From Alkalispirochaeta sp. (GTDB lineage: Bacteria; Spirochaetota; Spirochaetia; DSM-27196; Alkalispirochaetaceae): a stretch of DNA of 64,000 bases. The notes below the pieces were generated by a model. The model was given only the letters and a program-made list of their open reading frames with translations. It had not been told where the DNA came from and searched no databases. Made by a program: the position numbers and the translations under genes. Positions 40,129-49,631 of the stretch are shown here, piece by piece; positions within the stretch are counted from its first letter, which is position 1; each line of letters opens with the position of its first letter. The DNA is taken from positions 96,001 through 160,000 of the forward strand of contig CBDESZ010000018.1 in the NCBI GenBank assembly GCA_965242725.1, read 5' to 3'.

Positions 40129-41820
40129 ATGGCCACAACCTACGATGATAAAAAGATTATCTATACGATGCACGGAGTCACCAAGGTACACGGTACCAAA
40201 GAGGTGCTGAAAGATATTAATCTCTCCTATTTTTATGGCGCCAAAATCGGCGTGCTCGGGCTGAACGGCTCAGGAAAGTCGACACTTCTGCGCATTCTCG
40301 CCGGGGTCGATGAAGACTACACCGGGGACATTTCGATATCTCCGGGATACACAATCGGCTATCTGGAACAGGAACCGCATCTCACGGCCGGCAAGACTGT
40401 GAAGGAGGTCGTCTCAGAAGGCGCAGCGGAGATTACCGCGCTCCTGGCGGAGTTTGACGCCGTGAATGAGGCGTACGGTGATCCCGATGCGGACTATGAA
40501 AAACTCGGAGAGCGACAGGCGGCAATTCAGGAAAAGATTGACGCCCTGGGCGGGTGGGACCTCGATGCCAGGCTTGAGATGGCGATGGATGCACTGCGCT
40601 GTCCTCCCGGCGACACCGTCGTGGACATTCTATCCGGCGGTGAACGCCGGCGCGTCGCCCTTGTGCGTCTCCTGCTGCAGAAACCGGACATTCTCCTTCT
40701 TGACGAGCCGACAAATCACCTGGATGCGGAAACGGTGGCGTGGCTTGAGAAACACCTTCGGGAGTATCCCGGCACCGTCATTGCGGTGACCCACGACCGC
40801 TACTTCCTCGACAACGTCGCGGGATGGATCCTTGAACTGGATCGCGGCGAGGGAATTCCCTGGAAGGGGAACTATTCCGGATGGCTTGCCCAAAAGCAGG
40901 CGCGTCTCGCAAAAGAGGAAAAGGGCGAAAGCCAGCGTCAGAAGACGCTGCAGCGTGAACTTGACTGGATCGGCATGTCTCCAAAGGGCCAGCATGCGAA
41001 GAGTAAAGAACGAATCCGCAGGTATGAAGAACTCCTTGAAAAAGGAACGAAGGAACGGGTGACAACCGCCAATCTTACCATTCCGCCGGGTCCGCGGCTG
41101 GGCAATCTCGTCATTGAAGGGAAGAGTGTCGCCAAATCGTACGACCAGACCCTTCTTTTCCGGGATTTCGACTTCTCGATTCCTGCCGGCGCCGTCGTCG
41201 GCATTGTCGGTCCGAACGGCGCCGGCAAGACGACGCTTTTTCGTCTGATCGCGGAGCGGGAGAAACCGACTGAGGGTGAGATTCGCATTGGAGAGACAGT
41301 AAAACTGTCCTGGGCCGATCAAATGAGGGAGAGTCTGGTGGACGACAAGACGGTGTGGGAACAGCTCTCCAACGGTCAGGACCAGATACGCCTCGGTGAC
41401 GGAGGTGGTCAGCGGCAGATAAACTCACGGGCCTACTGTTCATGGTTCAATTTTAACGGTGCGGACCAGCAGAAGAAGGTCGGCGTGCTCTCCGGAGGAG
41501 AGCGGAATCGACTGAACCTCGCCATGATGATCAAAGAGGGCGGAAACGTACTGCTCCTGGACGAACCGACAAACGACCTCGATGTGAACACCCTCCGGGC
41601 GCTGGAAGAGGGCATAGAGGGTTTTGCGGGCTCGGTCCTGGTGATCAGCCATGATCGGTGGTTTCTCGACCGGATTTGCACCCATCTCATCGCATTTGAA
41701 GAGGACGGCGTCTTCTGGTATGACGGAAACTGGAGTGAGTACGCCGAGTTTCGGCGTAAGAAGTACGGTGACCGTGTGGACAGACCACACCGGTACGTTC
41801 ATCGCAGTCTGACGCGGTAG
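40129..41820 (+). CDS. ettA: Energy-dependent translational throttle ABC-F protein
   Basis: GAKIGVLGLNGSGKS, LSGGE, LLLDEPTNHLD, WILELDRG, second ABC domain; no TM. Confidence 0.95.
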   Translation: MATTYDDKKIIYTMHGVTKVHGTKEVLKDINLSYFYGAKIGVLGLNGSGKSTLLRILAGVDEDYTGDISISPGYTIGYLEQEPHLTAGKTVKEVVSEGAAEITALLAEFDAVNEAYGDPDADYEKLGERQAAIQEKIDALGGWDLDARLEMAMDALRCPPGDTVVDILSGGERRRVALVRLLLQKPDILLLDEPTNHLDAETVAWLEKHLREYPGTVIAVTHDRYFLDNVAGWILELDRGEGIPWKGNYSGWLAQKQARLAKEEKGESQRQKTLQRELDWIGMSPKGQHAKSKERIRRYEELLEKGTKERVTTANLTIPPGPRLGNLVIEGKSVAKSYDQTLLFRDFDFSIPAGAVVGIVGPNGAGKTTLFRLIAEREKPTEGEIRIGETVKLSWADQMRESLVDDKTVWEQLSNGQDQIRLGDGGGQRQINSRAYCSWFNFNGADQQKKVGVLSGGERNRLNLAMMIKEGGNVLLLDEPTNDLDVNTLRALEEGIEGFAGSVLVISHDRWFLDRICTHLIAFEEDGVFWYDGNWSEYAEFRRKKYGDRVDRPHRYVHRSLTR

Positions 41821-41827
41821 ATGTTCG

Positions 41828-41849
41828 TGGCCGGCGTTTGCGCCGGCCA
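41828..41849. other. GC-rich stem-loop downstream of ettA
   Basis: TGGCCGGCG-TTTG-CGCCGGCCA; no U-tract follows on either strand. Confidence 0.5.
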
Positions 41850-41888
41850 AAAAGGGAGCGTATACTGTTTTCAAGGGGTGGGATCAGG

Positions 41889-42242
41889 ATGCGCACGAAT
41901 CGACTGCAACGTCTGCTTGAGGCGGAAATACTCGATGCCCAGGACGATATCCGGGATCTGGAAAGGACGCTGAAGACGCGCATTGAGGCACGGGAGATTA
42001 CAAACTACGTGTTTCGGGAAAATACGGCCCTTCTGGAACAGGAGCTGCACGCTCTCGAACGCATTCGTGCGCTCCTGAAAGAGATAGACCCGACAGACTA
42101 CAGCGGCGTCGATGAATATGGCGATGCGGTCATGAATCGGGTTCGCGAGTTTGTACGCCACCACGACGCACCAGGAGCGGTGGTGCCCATCATTTCCCGT
42201 CGTCTGAAGCGTATTACCGACTTTCTGAAATCACCGTCATGA
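41889..42242 (+). CDS. Hypothetical helical protein
   Basis: ATG at 41889 after a G-rich SD-like stretch; EITNYVFREN segment; natural composition. Confidence 0.7.
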   Translation: MRTNRLQRLLEAEILDAQDDIRDLERTLKTRIEAREITNYVFRENTALLEQELHALERIRALLKEIDPTDYSGVDEYGDAVMNRVREFVRHHDAPGAVVPIISRRLKRITDFLKSPS

Positions 42243-42989
42243 TTTCTGCATCGTGACGAGAAGGACCACGACCGCCGGAACGAGCACACCCTGTTCAACC
42301 ATTTCTTCTGTTTTTCCCGTCAGGTAGCCCCGTTTCAGTTGCCGATGAAGCTTCTTGTATGGTCGTTGTCCCGTCATCTCTCGGAGTGAGGCGGTCAACT
42401 GAGCCATATCATCAGGAAAGTTTTCCCGCATCCTGCGGAGTTCTCCGACGAGCTGATCCTTCTCGTCCGAATTCTTCCCTTTGTCCATGAATGACGTCAG
42501 ATCGTACCCTTCCATGCGGTGGAGTATCGTTTCCAGTTCCCGGACAAAGGGGGATTCCGTAAAAACGATGCCGTCAACCTTGGAGCGCAGCATGATTCTG
42601 CGTTTGCCGGCAGGTTCGGACTGTACAAATCGCTTCCCTACGACGAGAAAGACAACCGTTGCGATAGCGCCGGAAATGAGCAGCTCATCGACAACAGGAA
42701 CGGGATCGCGAATGACAAGGGACATGAAGAGAAAGGAAAGCAGGAATGCCGCCGCGGAAATGAGAAAGCGTGGAATGAAACGCTGCTCACCGATCCATGT
42801 CCGCACATCCGCATCAATGCGTCTATACAGCTCGTTCCGCAGGAGTGTCAGAGATTCGACCCGTGGCTCGGAGCCGTATCTGCCGTAAAGCTCGGTAGCC
42901 GAATCGATGTTCAGCGTGCTTCCGGGCACGATAAAGGGATGTACGAAGAGAGGCGTCCCGTCGCGGCGGGTCACATGGTACAGGTTCAT
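42237..42989 (-). CDS. Hypothetical membrane protein (two TM, IRDPVPVVDE loop)
   Basis: Start overlaps the cupin stop (TGATG); hydrophobic hairpin. Confidence 0.75.
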   Translation of the reverse strand: MNLYHVTRRDGTPLFVHPFIVPGSTLNIDSATELYGRYGSEPRVESLTLLRNELYRRIDADVRTWIGEQRFIPRFLISAAAFLLSFLFMSLVIRDPVPVVDELLISGAIATVVFLVVGKRFVQSEPAGKRRIMLRSKVDGIVFTESPFVRELETILHRMEGYDLTSFMDKGKNSDEKDQLVGELRRMRENFPDDMAQLTASLREMTGQRPYKKLHRQLKRGYLTGKTEEMVEQGVLVPAVVVLLVTMQKS

Positions 42990-43351
42990 CAGCTTTCGAT
43001 ACGGTGCGCCCCGTCCGGGGTAAATGCGGGGGTGCATACGGACCAGTACTCCGCTTCCTCGTCGAAAGGGTTGGCATATTGCACGTTTGAACCTCTTGAT
43101 ACACGGAGGCTCTCTCCCGCGCGGAGTGTCACGACGGTATCGTCCACAATGATCTGTTTCCTGCCACGAACCATCAGGGTGTACTCGTCAAAATCGGGGC
43201 GCTGCGGCGGCTCCGACCAGTGCGGCGGCGCGATCATGCGGGCGACACTGATGGTCGAGTCACCGGAACTGATATGTCCAAAATGCTCCAGAATCGTTTT
43301 CCCGTCGGTAGTGGGGACCTGAAAGGGATTCTGCTGGTGAACAAAACTCAT
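42989..43351 (-). CDS. Cupin domain protein
   Basis: WSEPPQRPDFDEYTLMVRG..LRAGESL..VQYANP. Confidence 0.85.
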   Translation of the reverse strand: MSFVHQQNPFQVPTTDGKTILEHFGHISSGDSTISVARMIAPPHWSEPPQRPDFDEYTLMVRGRKQIIVDDTVVTLRAGESLRVSRGSNVQYANPFDEEAEYWSVCTPAFTPDGAHRIES

Positions 43352-43412
43352 GTCCCCATTGTACGCCTGATGACCTCTTGTGTCAGTAAGGAATGGCCCG
43401 TAATCTACCGAT

Positions 43413-44216
43413 ATGACGCATCCATGCAAGATACCCCCGCAAACCAGGGTAGTGACAACATCCCGTCCCTTTCGACTGACCGGTACCGACCCGGCAAAGG
43501 GAGTGCTGCTCTTTCACGGCTTTACGGGAGTGACTTCGGACATGCGGTACGTGGCGGAACGGTTGAACCGGCAGGGACTTACCGTCGTCGTTCCCCGTCT
43601 CCCCGGTCACGGTACCAACGGCAGGGATTTCAGCCGTACCGGCTGGCGGGACTGGCTGGGAGCAGCCGTTGAAGCGTATCTCGAGCTGGCCTCGGAGTTT
43701 CCCCAGGTGATGATCGGAGGATTGTCCATGGGCGGACTTATTGCAACGATTATTGCCGGTAATTTCCCCGTTTCCCGGGTCGCCCTCCTGGCGCCGGCCT
43801 TTTTCACAGTCAACAAACTTGTTCCCTTCACGCCATTGGCACGATTTTTTGTTCCCCCCTTTCGGGTACGCACGCCCGAGGTATACGATGATCCGGAACA
43901 GCAGTTTCTTGCCGACCAGTACTGGAACTGGATGTGGCCCGCCAATACCGCCTCGCTGTACAGACTGATACGTATGGCCCGCCGGGCGCTGAAAGACATA
44001 ACGGCACCGACTCTCTCTGTCATCGCGAAAAAAGACGGCACCGTACCGTTGCGGGTCGTCGATTTCCTGCGGCACTACGCGGGAAGCGAGGGTAACCGCA
44101 TCGTCCTCCTTGAGGAGTCGGGCCATGTGGTGACGACGGGAGTTGAAAAGGAGTATGTCGCGGAGTCATTGGTCCGGTGGTTCAGCGGGTCGCCCGACGC
44201 GGAACAGCTTAAATGA
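43413..44216 (+). CDS. Alpha/beta-hydrolase carboxylesterase
   Basis: LLFHGFTG, LPGHG, GLSMGG nucleophile, DGTV, SGHV. Confidence 0.9.
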   Translation: MTHPCKIPPQTRVVTTSRPFRLTGTDPAKGVLLFHGFTGVTSDMRYVAERLNRQGLTVVVPRLPGHGTNGRDFSRTGWRDWLGAAVEAYLELASEFPQVMIGGLSMGGLIATIIAGNFPVSRVALLAPAFFTVNKLVPFTPLARFFVPPFRVRTPEVYDDPEQQFLADQYWNWMWPANTASLYRLIRMARRALKDITAPTLSVIAKKDGTVPLRVVDFLRHYAGSEGNRIVLLEESGHVVTTGVEKEYVAESLVRWFSGSPDAEQLK

Positions 44217-44575
44217 GACGATTTTTCTGTGAAAACTGCGGTGAAGAAGTTCAGGAAAGCGACGATCTCTGCGCCCATTGCGGAGCGGTCTTTACGGCGA
44301 TAAAGTGCCCCCGCTGTGGATATCGTGGGAAGCTACACCAGTTTCACCGCGGGTGTCCCCGATGCGGATTTCTCGGAGAAAACAAGGTGCGTACTACCTA
44401 TACGGCAGATACCTTCGAAATGCCCGAACGACCGGAACACTCCCGCAATTCGATGTGGACGCGGTTGTTCCGACGCTCCCGGCAGAAACGTCCACCATGG
44501 CTCTTCTGGCTCATACTGCTGCTCATGATAGTCGCGTTCATTCTTCTGTCGGTTGTATATATGCGTCTCCCATGA
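44213..44575 (+). CDS. Double zinc-ribbon membrane-anchored protein
   Basis: CENC, CAHC, CPRC, CPRC; C-terminal TM. Confidence 0.8.
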   Translation: MRRFFCENCGEEVQESDDLCAHCGAVFTAIKCPRCGYRGKLHQFHRGCPRCGFLGENKVRTTYTADTFEMPERPEHSRNSMWTRLFRRSRQKRPPWLFWLILLLMIVAFILLSVVYMRLP

Positions 44576-44628
44576 GGTGCCGGGACCGGTACAGCCGGTA
44601 CGGAAACGGTCCGATATTTAAAGAGAAG

Positions 44629-45204
44629 ATGGTAAGAAGAACGGTATTGTTTACGCCCCGGGTACTGCCCCTCAGTATATGGATATTCATCGTCGTTGCG
44701 CCGGTATTCGCGCAGACAACGGAAGGTGGAAGTATCGCCGATCAACTGTCCCGTGGATTTCGGGACATTCAGTTGGGCATGGAATTTGATGCCGCAGAAG
44801 AGGCTATCGCAGGGGATCCGGCCTTTGACTTTCGGGGACGCCCCGACGTCTCCATTACGTTGAGCGACGGCGAGCCGACGATAGACACAAATGGGCGCAG
44901 CTTCGTCCGGCGGGGAGTCTTCTCATTTCATCGCGAACGACTCTTCACATTCTCCCTCTATCTGTCGACGCAACGTCTCGACTACCTTCAGCTGTACAAT
45001 CAGCTCCGCAGTCGGTACGGTGAACCCGACGACCTTGATCCGCGCCGGGCCGTCTGGGAAGACGACGCAACAAGGATCACTCTGGAACGACCGCTGACGG
45101 TCACCTTTCTGGATCGTGTCGTCTTCGAGGAACGAAGAGATGCAAACCGCAGGGATGAGGCGCTCGAAGATATCGCACGGGATGAATTCCTCGAACTTTT
45201 TTAG
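44629..45204 (+). CDS. Exported hypothetical protein
   Basis: Signal peptide ending VFA/Q; GFRDIQLGM..RYGEP; start inferred. Confidence 0.7.
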   Translation: MVRRTVLFTPRVLPLSIWIFIVVAPVFAQTTEGGSIADQLSRGFRDIQLGMEFDAAEEAIAGDPAFDFRGRPDVSITLSDGEPTIDTNGRSFVRRGVFSFHRERLFTFSLYLSTQRLDYLQLYNQLRSRYGEPDDLDPRRAVWEDDATRITLERPLTVTFLDRVVFEERRDANRRDEALEDIARDEFLELF

Positions 45205-45218
45205 GATCGGAAGACTCA

Positions 45219-45695
45219 ATGATGTATAGAACAATTCGTTTCCTGCGACCGATCCTTGCGGTTGTCCTTGTTGCCACGGGAGTGACGTCATACACTTCAT
45301 GCACCGGTTTGCGCGATGAAACGGTTCCACTGCCGGTGGGAGATCACGTCTTTACCGTCGAAATTGCCGACGACGATGAAGAGCGAACGAGAGGACTCAT
45401 GGGACGGAAGGCGCTGGACGAGGACGGGGGCATGCTCTTTGTCTTTCCCGACTCGGCTCCCCGAAGTTTCTGGATGAAGGATACCCTGATTCCACTCTCC
45501 ATCGCCTACATAAACCGTCACGGTGAAATCCTGGAGATCTACGATATGGAACCTCTGTCGCGGGCAGCCGTAACGTCGCGTTACCCGGCGAAATACGCTC
45601 TGGAAGTCCCGCAGGGCGCCTTCGGCCGGGCGGGCATCACCCCGGGAACGATGGTGGACCTCGGCGCACTGCCGGGGTGGGTCAGGAACGAGTAA
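45219..45695 (+). CDS. DUF192 family protein
   Basis: VEIAD..RTRGLMGR..GMLFVF..FWMKDTLIPLSIAYI..YALEV. Confidence 0.9.
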   Translation: MMYRTIRFLRPILAVVLVATGVTSYTSCTGLRDETVPLPVGDHVFTVEIADDDEERTRGLMGRKALDEDGGMLFVFPDSAPRSFWMKDTLIPLSIAYINRHGEILEIYDMEPLSRAAVTSRYPAKYALEVPQGAFGRAGITPGTMVDLGALPGWVRNE

Positions 45696-45698
45696 GAC

Positions 45699-45929
45699 TT
45701 ACTCATTCTCAGAAAACGGCGCAAATCGCGGTGGTTCCTCCGTATTTTCCGGGTCGGTGAGAAGTATTTCCAATCGTCGTTCCATCTCCTGAAGTTCTTT
45801 TTCAAGGCGATGGGAGAGGGTCATGCCCTCTTCAAAGAGCTGTGTCGCCTCGGCAATGGGAATTTCTCCGCTCCGGAGACGCTCTCCTATTTCTTCAAGT
45901 CGTTTCAGCTTTGTTTCAAAGTCATTCAT
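45699..45929 (-). CDS. xseB: Exodeoxyribonuclease VII small subunit
   Basis: FETKLKRLEEI..FEEGMTL; SD AAGGA. Confidence 0.92.
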   Translation of the reverse strand: MNDFETKLKRLEEIGERLRSGEIPIAEATQLFEEGMTLSHRLEKELQEMERRLEILLTDPENTEEPPRFAPFSENE

Positions 45930-47119
45930 CGTCGGTCCTTTCAATATTGATCATACAGTCGGCAAACTGCGCAGTCAGTCGCTCGCCGACGGTGGTTTCA
46001 CCGCCCCTTGAGACGATGGAGCCGTCTGCACGCCTTCGTACGATTGCAAAACCGCGGCGGAGGGGTTCCGCGGGATCGTATGAACGAACTTTCTCCACGG
46101 CAAAATCCAGGCGATGCCTTCGGGAGCGGAAAATCTCTTCCATGTGAAGTGTCACCGTTCGGCGCGCATCATCGAGACGTTGATACCAGGGTTGTACAAA
46201 ATTCCGGAAGCGATAGCGCAGCTCCTGCTCATTGTAACGGTCCAGCCGGTTCCGCAGCCGGTCGAGAGCCGCTCCGTATGTGCGCACGACGGTATCCCTG
46301 CCGCCGGTGATCATGTGTCGAATTTCCTGCTCGGGAAGGGACACCAGTTCCGCCGCCGCTGACGGTGTCGGTGCCCGCAGATCGGCGGCAAAATCGCTGA
46401 TGGACCAGTCCGTCTCGTGACCGACGGCGGAAATAACGGGAATCTCCGACGCCGCAATCGCCCGTGCCACCGATTCGTCGCTGAAGGGCAGGAGGTCTTC
46501 CACGGAACCGCCTCCTCTGGTAACGATGAGGACTTCACCGATTCGGTGGCGGGAGACATATGCAATCGCCGCGGAGATCCTTCCGGCGGCTTCATTGCCC
46601 TGGACGGGAACCGGCACGATTCTGACGGTGATGCCCCGGCGACGGCGCTCGAGAACGTGGAGAACATCCCGTATCGCCGCGCCCGTCGCCGAGGTGACGA
46701 TCGCGATGGAACCGGGCACCGCGGGAATAGGGCGCCGGTTCTCAAAGAGCCCTTCCTCGGCAAGTCGCCGTTTCCGCTCCTCAAGCATCTCCAGGATCGT
46801 TCCCCGTCCGGACTGTCGAAAGTGGCGAATGATGAGTTGGTAGCTTCCCCGCGGGGGATAGACGCTTATGGAACCGACGGCGTCTATCGTCGCGCCGTTG
46901 CCGGGGAAAATCCCCGTTCCAGCGCTGACTGCCCCGGAAAAGGACGCACTGCAATGTCGCCTCGGCGTCCTTGAGGGTAAAATAGATGTGCCCGCTTTGG
47001 GCGGGACGGAAGTTTGATATTTCCCCGGTAACCGCAACGGCAGGGTATTCCGATTCCAGACGGTTCTTGATCGATTGTGTGAGTTCCGAAACCGTCTGGA
47101 AGGTAAATTCATCGATCAT
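45922..47119 (-). CDS. xseA: Exodeoxyribonuclease VII large subunit (one +1 frameshift near 46903-46915)
   Basis: N-terminal TVSELT..GEISNF..SGHIYFTLKD in one frame; YPPRGSYQL..RGGGS.EDL..SAVGHETD..RAPTPSAAAE in the next frame. Confidence 0.92.
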
Positions 47120-47176
47120 CGTGCCATGCTACCGCTACCTCATGACACACACAAGGCCTGTCGATACATTAGATAC

Positions 47177-48703
47177 ATGGACCGTATAATTGTATGCGCC
47201 TTTACGGGAGCGACATTCCTGCACACCGCCTTTCCAAACGGCACCACACCCTACGAGTACGTCGTCGCCCGGGTTGATGAACTCCGCAAAGTGGACGGGG
47301 TCGACGGATCGGTTATATATCTCACATCCGACGCCGAGCCCTACGTGCCTCCGGAACTGCCCACAGAGTGGCAGCACCTGCACATTCCCGCCCGGGACGC
47401 TTCATCGGTCTATCTTCACCTCGCCGAGACACTCGATCAGGACGTGGAAAACCTCATCTTCCTCCGGTCCGACGCTCCTTTTGTAAAGGTCGAACTTGCG
47501 ACGGAGCTCCTGGAACTGCACCGCTCCACATGGTGTGATTACACCTTCGCCGACGGATTTCCCCGGGGATACGCGGTGGAAGTATTGCGGCGGGAGGTCC
47601 TGCCGGTACTGGGTGCCCTTGCACAGCCGGTACAACAGGGGTGGCTGCCGGGTGCGCTCTTCGAGACGCTGCAAAAAGATATTAATGCATTCGATATCGA
47701 GACGGAGGCTGCTCCGGAAGACTATACGCTCTTTCGGGCATCGTTGACCGCCGACAGCAGACAGAACTACATCCTCTGCCGCCGTCTTGCGGAACGGGAA
47801 GACGCGGGAGAGTCGATCCTGGAAACGCTGCGCACCCGTCCTGAAATACGCAGGACGCTGCCATACTACTATCAGGTCCAGATCACCACGGAAATGCCCC
47901 ACCGCCCGTCGTATCTCCCGTGGTCCGACGACAGGTGGCGTGCGGACCCACCGGGCCGGGGCACCCATATGGATCTTCCCCTGTGGCAGCAGACGGTCCG
48001 GAGAATCACGGAGGAGACTCCCCAGGCGGTCGTCGCCGTCGGATATCGCGGTGAACCGGCGCTGCATCCGGACATCACAAGAATTCTCGGATCTTTTTCA
48101 CCGTATCCGGGGATTTCTCTCTACGTGGAAACGTCCGGAATCGGCTGGACCGAAGAAGCCCGGCAGGCACTGCTCACGGAATCGGTCGCCGCGGTCATTG
48201 TGGAGCTCGATGCCGGGAAGGAGGAAACCTACAAAGCAGTCCGCGGCGGAGACGGGACGCACTACCGCGAGGCGACGGAATTCATAGAATGGCTGGCGCG
48301 CAACAAGGCGGGAAGCGTCTACGTACAGGCGACGAGAATGGTTGAGAACGAATGGGAACTGCAGGAGCTCTATAAGCGGTGGAACGGCACCAAAGGAGTC
48401 TCGGTGATCATACAGAAATACAACTCCTTCGCGGGACGCCTGCCGGACAGGAAGGTTGCCGATTTGACGCCCCTGGAACGGATCCCCTGCAGACATCTGG
48501 AGCGGGACATGGTGATCCTCGTGGACGGCACCGTTCCCATGTGTTTTCAGGACCTGGACGGGAGCCATGTGCGCGGCACCGTATCGTCCCGGACGATCAA
48601 TGAGCTCTTCGTCGCCGGAGAGAAGGATTTTTCTCTCCACGTGGAGAAGAATTATCCGTCACTATGTGAACACTGTGATGAGTACTACACGTTTAACGCG
48701 TAA
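47177..48703 (+). CDS. Spiro-SPASM protein (cytidylyltransferase-like N-domain, Cys-less radical-SAM domain, SPASM)
   Basis: DYTFADGFPRG, KDINAFDIET, GEPALHP, and C-terminal PCRHL..DGTVPMC..LCEHC; matches the recalled description of the spirochaete-restricted spiro-SPASM family. Confidence 0.85.
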   Translation: MDRIIVCAFTGATFLHTAFPNGTTPYEYVVARVDELRKVDGVDGSVIYLTSDAEPYVPPELPTEWQHLHIPARDASSVYLHLAETLDQDVENLIFLRSDAPFVKVELATELLELHRSTWCDYTFADGFPRGYAVEVLRREVLPVLGALAQPVQQGWLPGALFETLQKDINAFDIETEAAPEDYTLFRASLTADSRQNYILCRRLAEREDAGESILETLRTRPEIRRTLPYYYQVQITTEMPHRPSYLPWSDDRWRADPPGRGTHMDLPLWQQTVRRITEETPQAVVAVGYRGEPALHPDITRILGSFSPYPGISLYVETSGIGWTEEARQALLTESVAAVIVELDAGKEETYKAVRGGDGTHYREATEFIEWLARNKAGSVYVQATRMVENEWELQELYKRWNGTKGVSVIIQKYNSFAGRLPDRKVADLTPLERIPCRHLERDMVILVDGTVPMCFQDLDGSHVRGTVSSRTINELFVAGEKDFSLHVEKNYPSLCEHCDEYYTFNA

Positions 48704-49631
48704 CACCGACGCATCCCACACCGTCGTGGGGCGACAGCCGTCGGGGCGGGGAAAAAAACCGGCGATAATTCTCCTCAATCGGAGTTCCCGCTTTCTCAGG
48801 CGGGAGTATTTTCGGGAACTGGTCGATGCGGGATACACGGAAATCATCTCTGTTGAGACCGCCGATAACGCATATACCGTTGAATCCCTGAGTATCGAAT
48901 TTCAGCAGTTCCGATTCATCCTCATCGACGAGCCTTTTAACGTCGGCGAGGCGATCAACCTTGCGATGGCATATGTCGTAGCGGAAAGCGCCATCGTCCT
49001 CTGGTCGACCATGGGTGTTCCTCAGGGCGTGGAACGGGCGGCGGAAACGCTGCGCAAGGGATCCCGTCGCGTCTGCGTCGTCCCGCTGTTGCGGGGGGAA
49101 AGAAATGATCCCTTGCCGACGATGCACGCTCCGGCATTCCACAAGAGAACGTTGAAAATCATCGACCTGCCGGTCCGCGGGGCGGGCGAGGAGAAGACGA
49201 TCTCTCCCTTTGACTATGTCGGCCTCTATTCCCGGGGCGAATTTGTCCGTGTCGGCGGATATGACGGCGAAATAAACCACAATTTCTGGCAGCGTCTCGA
49301 TTTCGGTTTCCGGACCTATCTGACCGGGGGAGATATACCCTGTGTCCCCACCTTCCGAATCGCCTACAAAAGCACGCCGGAGCCGGAAGACCGGACCCTC
49401 GACGAAGGCTACGCCCGTTTCTTTGCAAAAAATCTCATCTTTCGCCTGACTTCCCAGGGAATAAAGATACCCCTCGCCGCGGTCATTCGATTCGTCCTGC
49501 GCTCCCGGCTCGGGGTGGTTTTCTCGTTGCGCGTCTTTGCCGCCGCCCGCGTGTGGCTAACGGCACGGTCAGGGGATATTCGCATCGATCCCCGAGACCT
49601 CGTCGACCGGTGGAGTGTCAACCATGAGTAG
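48678..49631 (+). CDS. Glycosyltransferase family 2-like protein
   Basis: GEAINLAM, GLYSRGEFVRVGGYD, DFGFR GT-A-like motifs; start inferred. Confidence 0.65.
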   Translation: MSTTRLTRNTDASHTVVGRQPSGRGKKPAIILLNRSSRFLRREYFRELVDAGYTEIISVETADNAYTVESLSIEFQQFRFILIDEPFNVGEAINLAMAYVVAESAIVLWSTMGVPQGVERAAETLRKGSRRVCVVPLLRGERNDPLPTMHAPAFHKRTLKIIDLPVRGAGEEKTISPFDYVGLYSRGEFVRVGGYDGEINHNFWQRLDFGFRTYLTGGDIPCVPTFRIAYKSTPEPEDRTLDEGYARFFAKNLIFRLTSQGIKIPLAAVIRFVLRSRLGVVFSLRVFAAARVWLTARSGDIRIDPRDLVDRWSVNHE

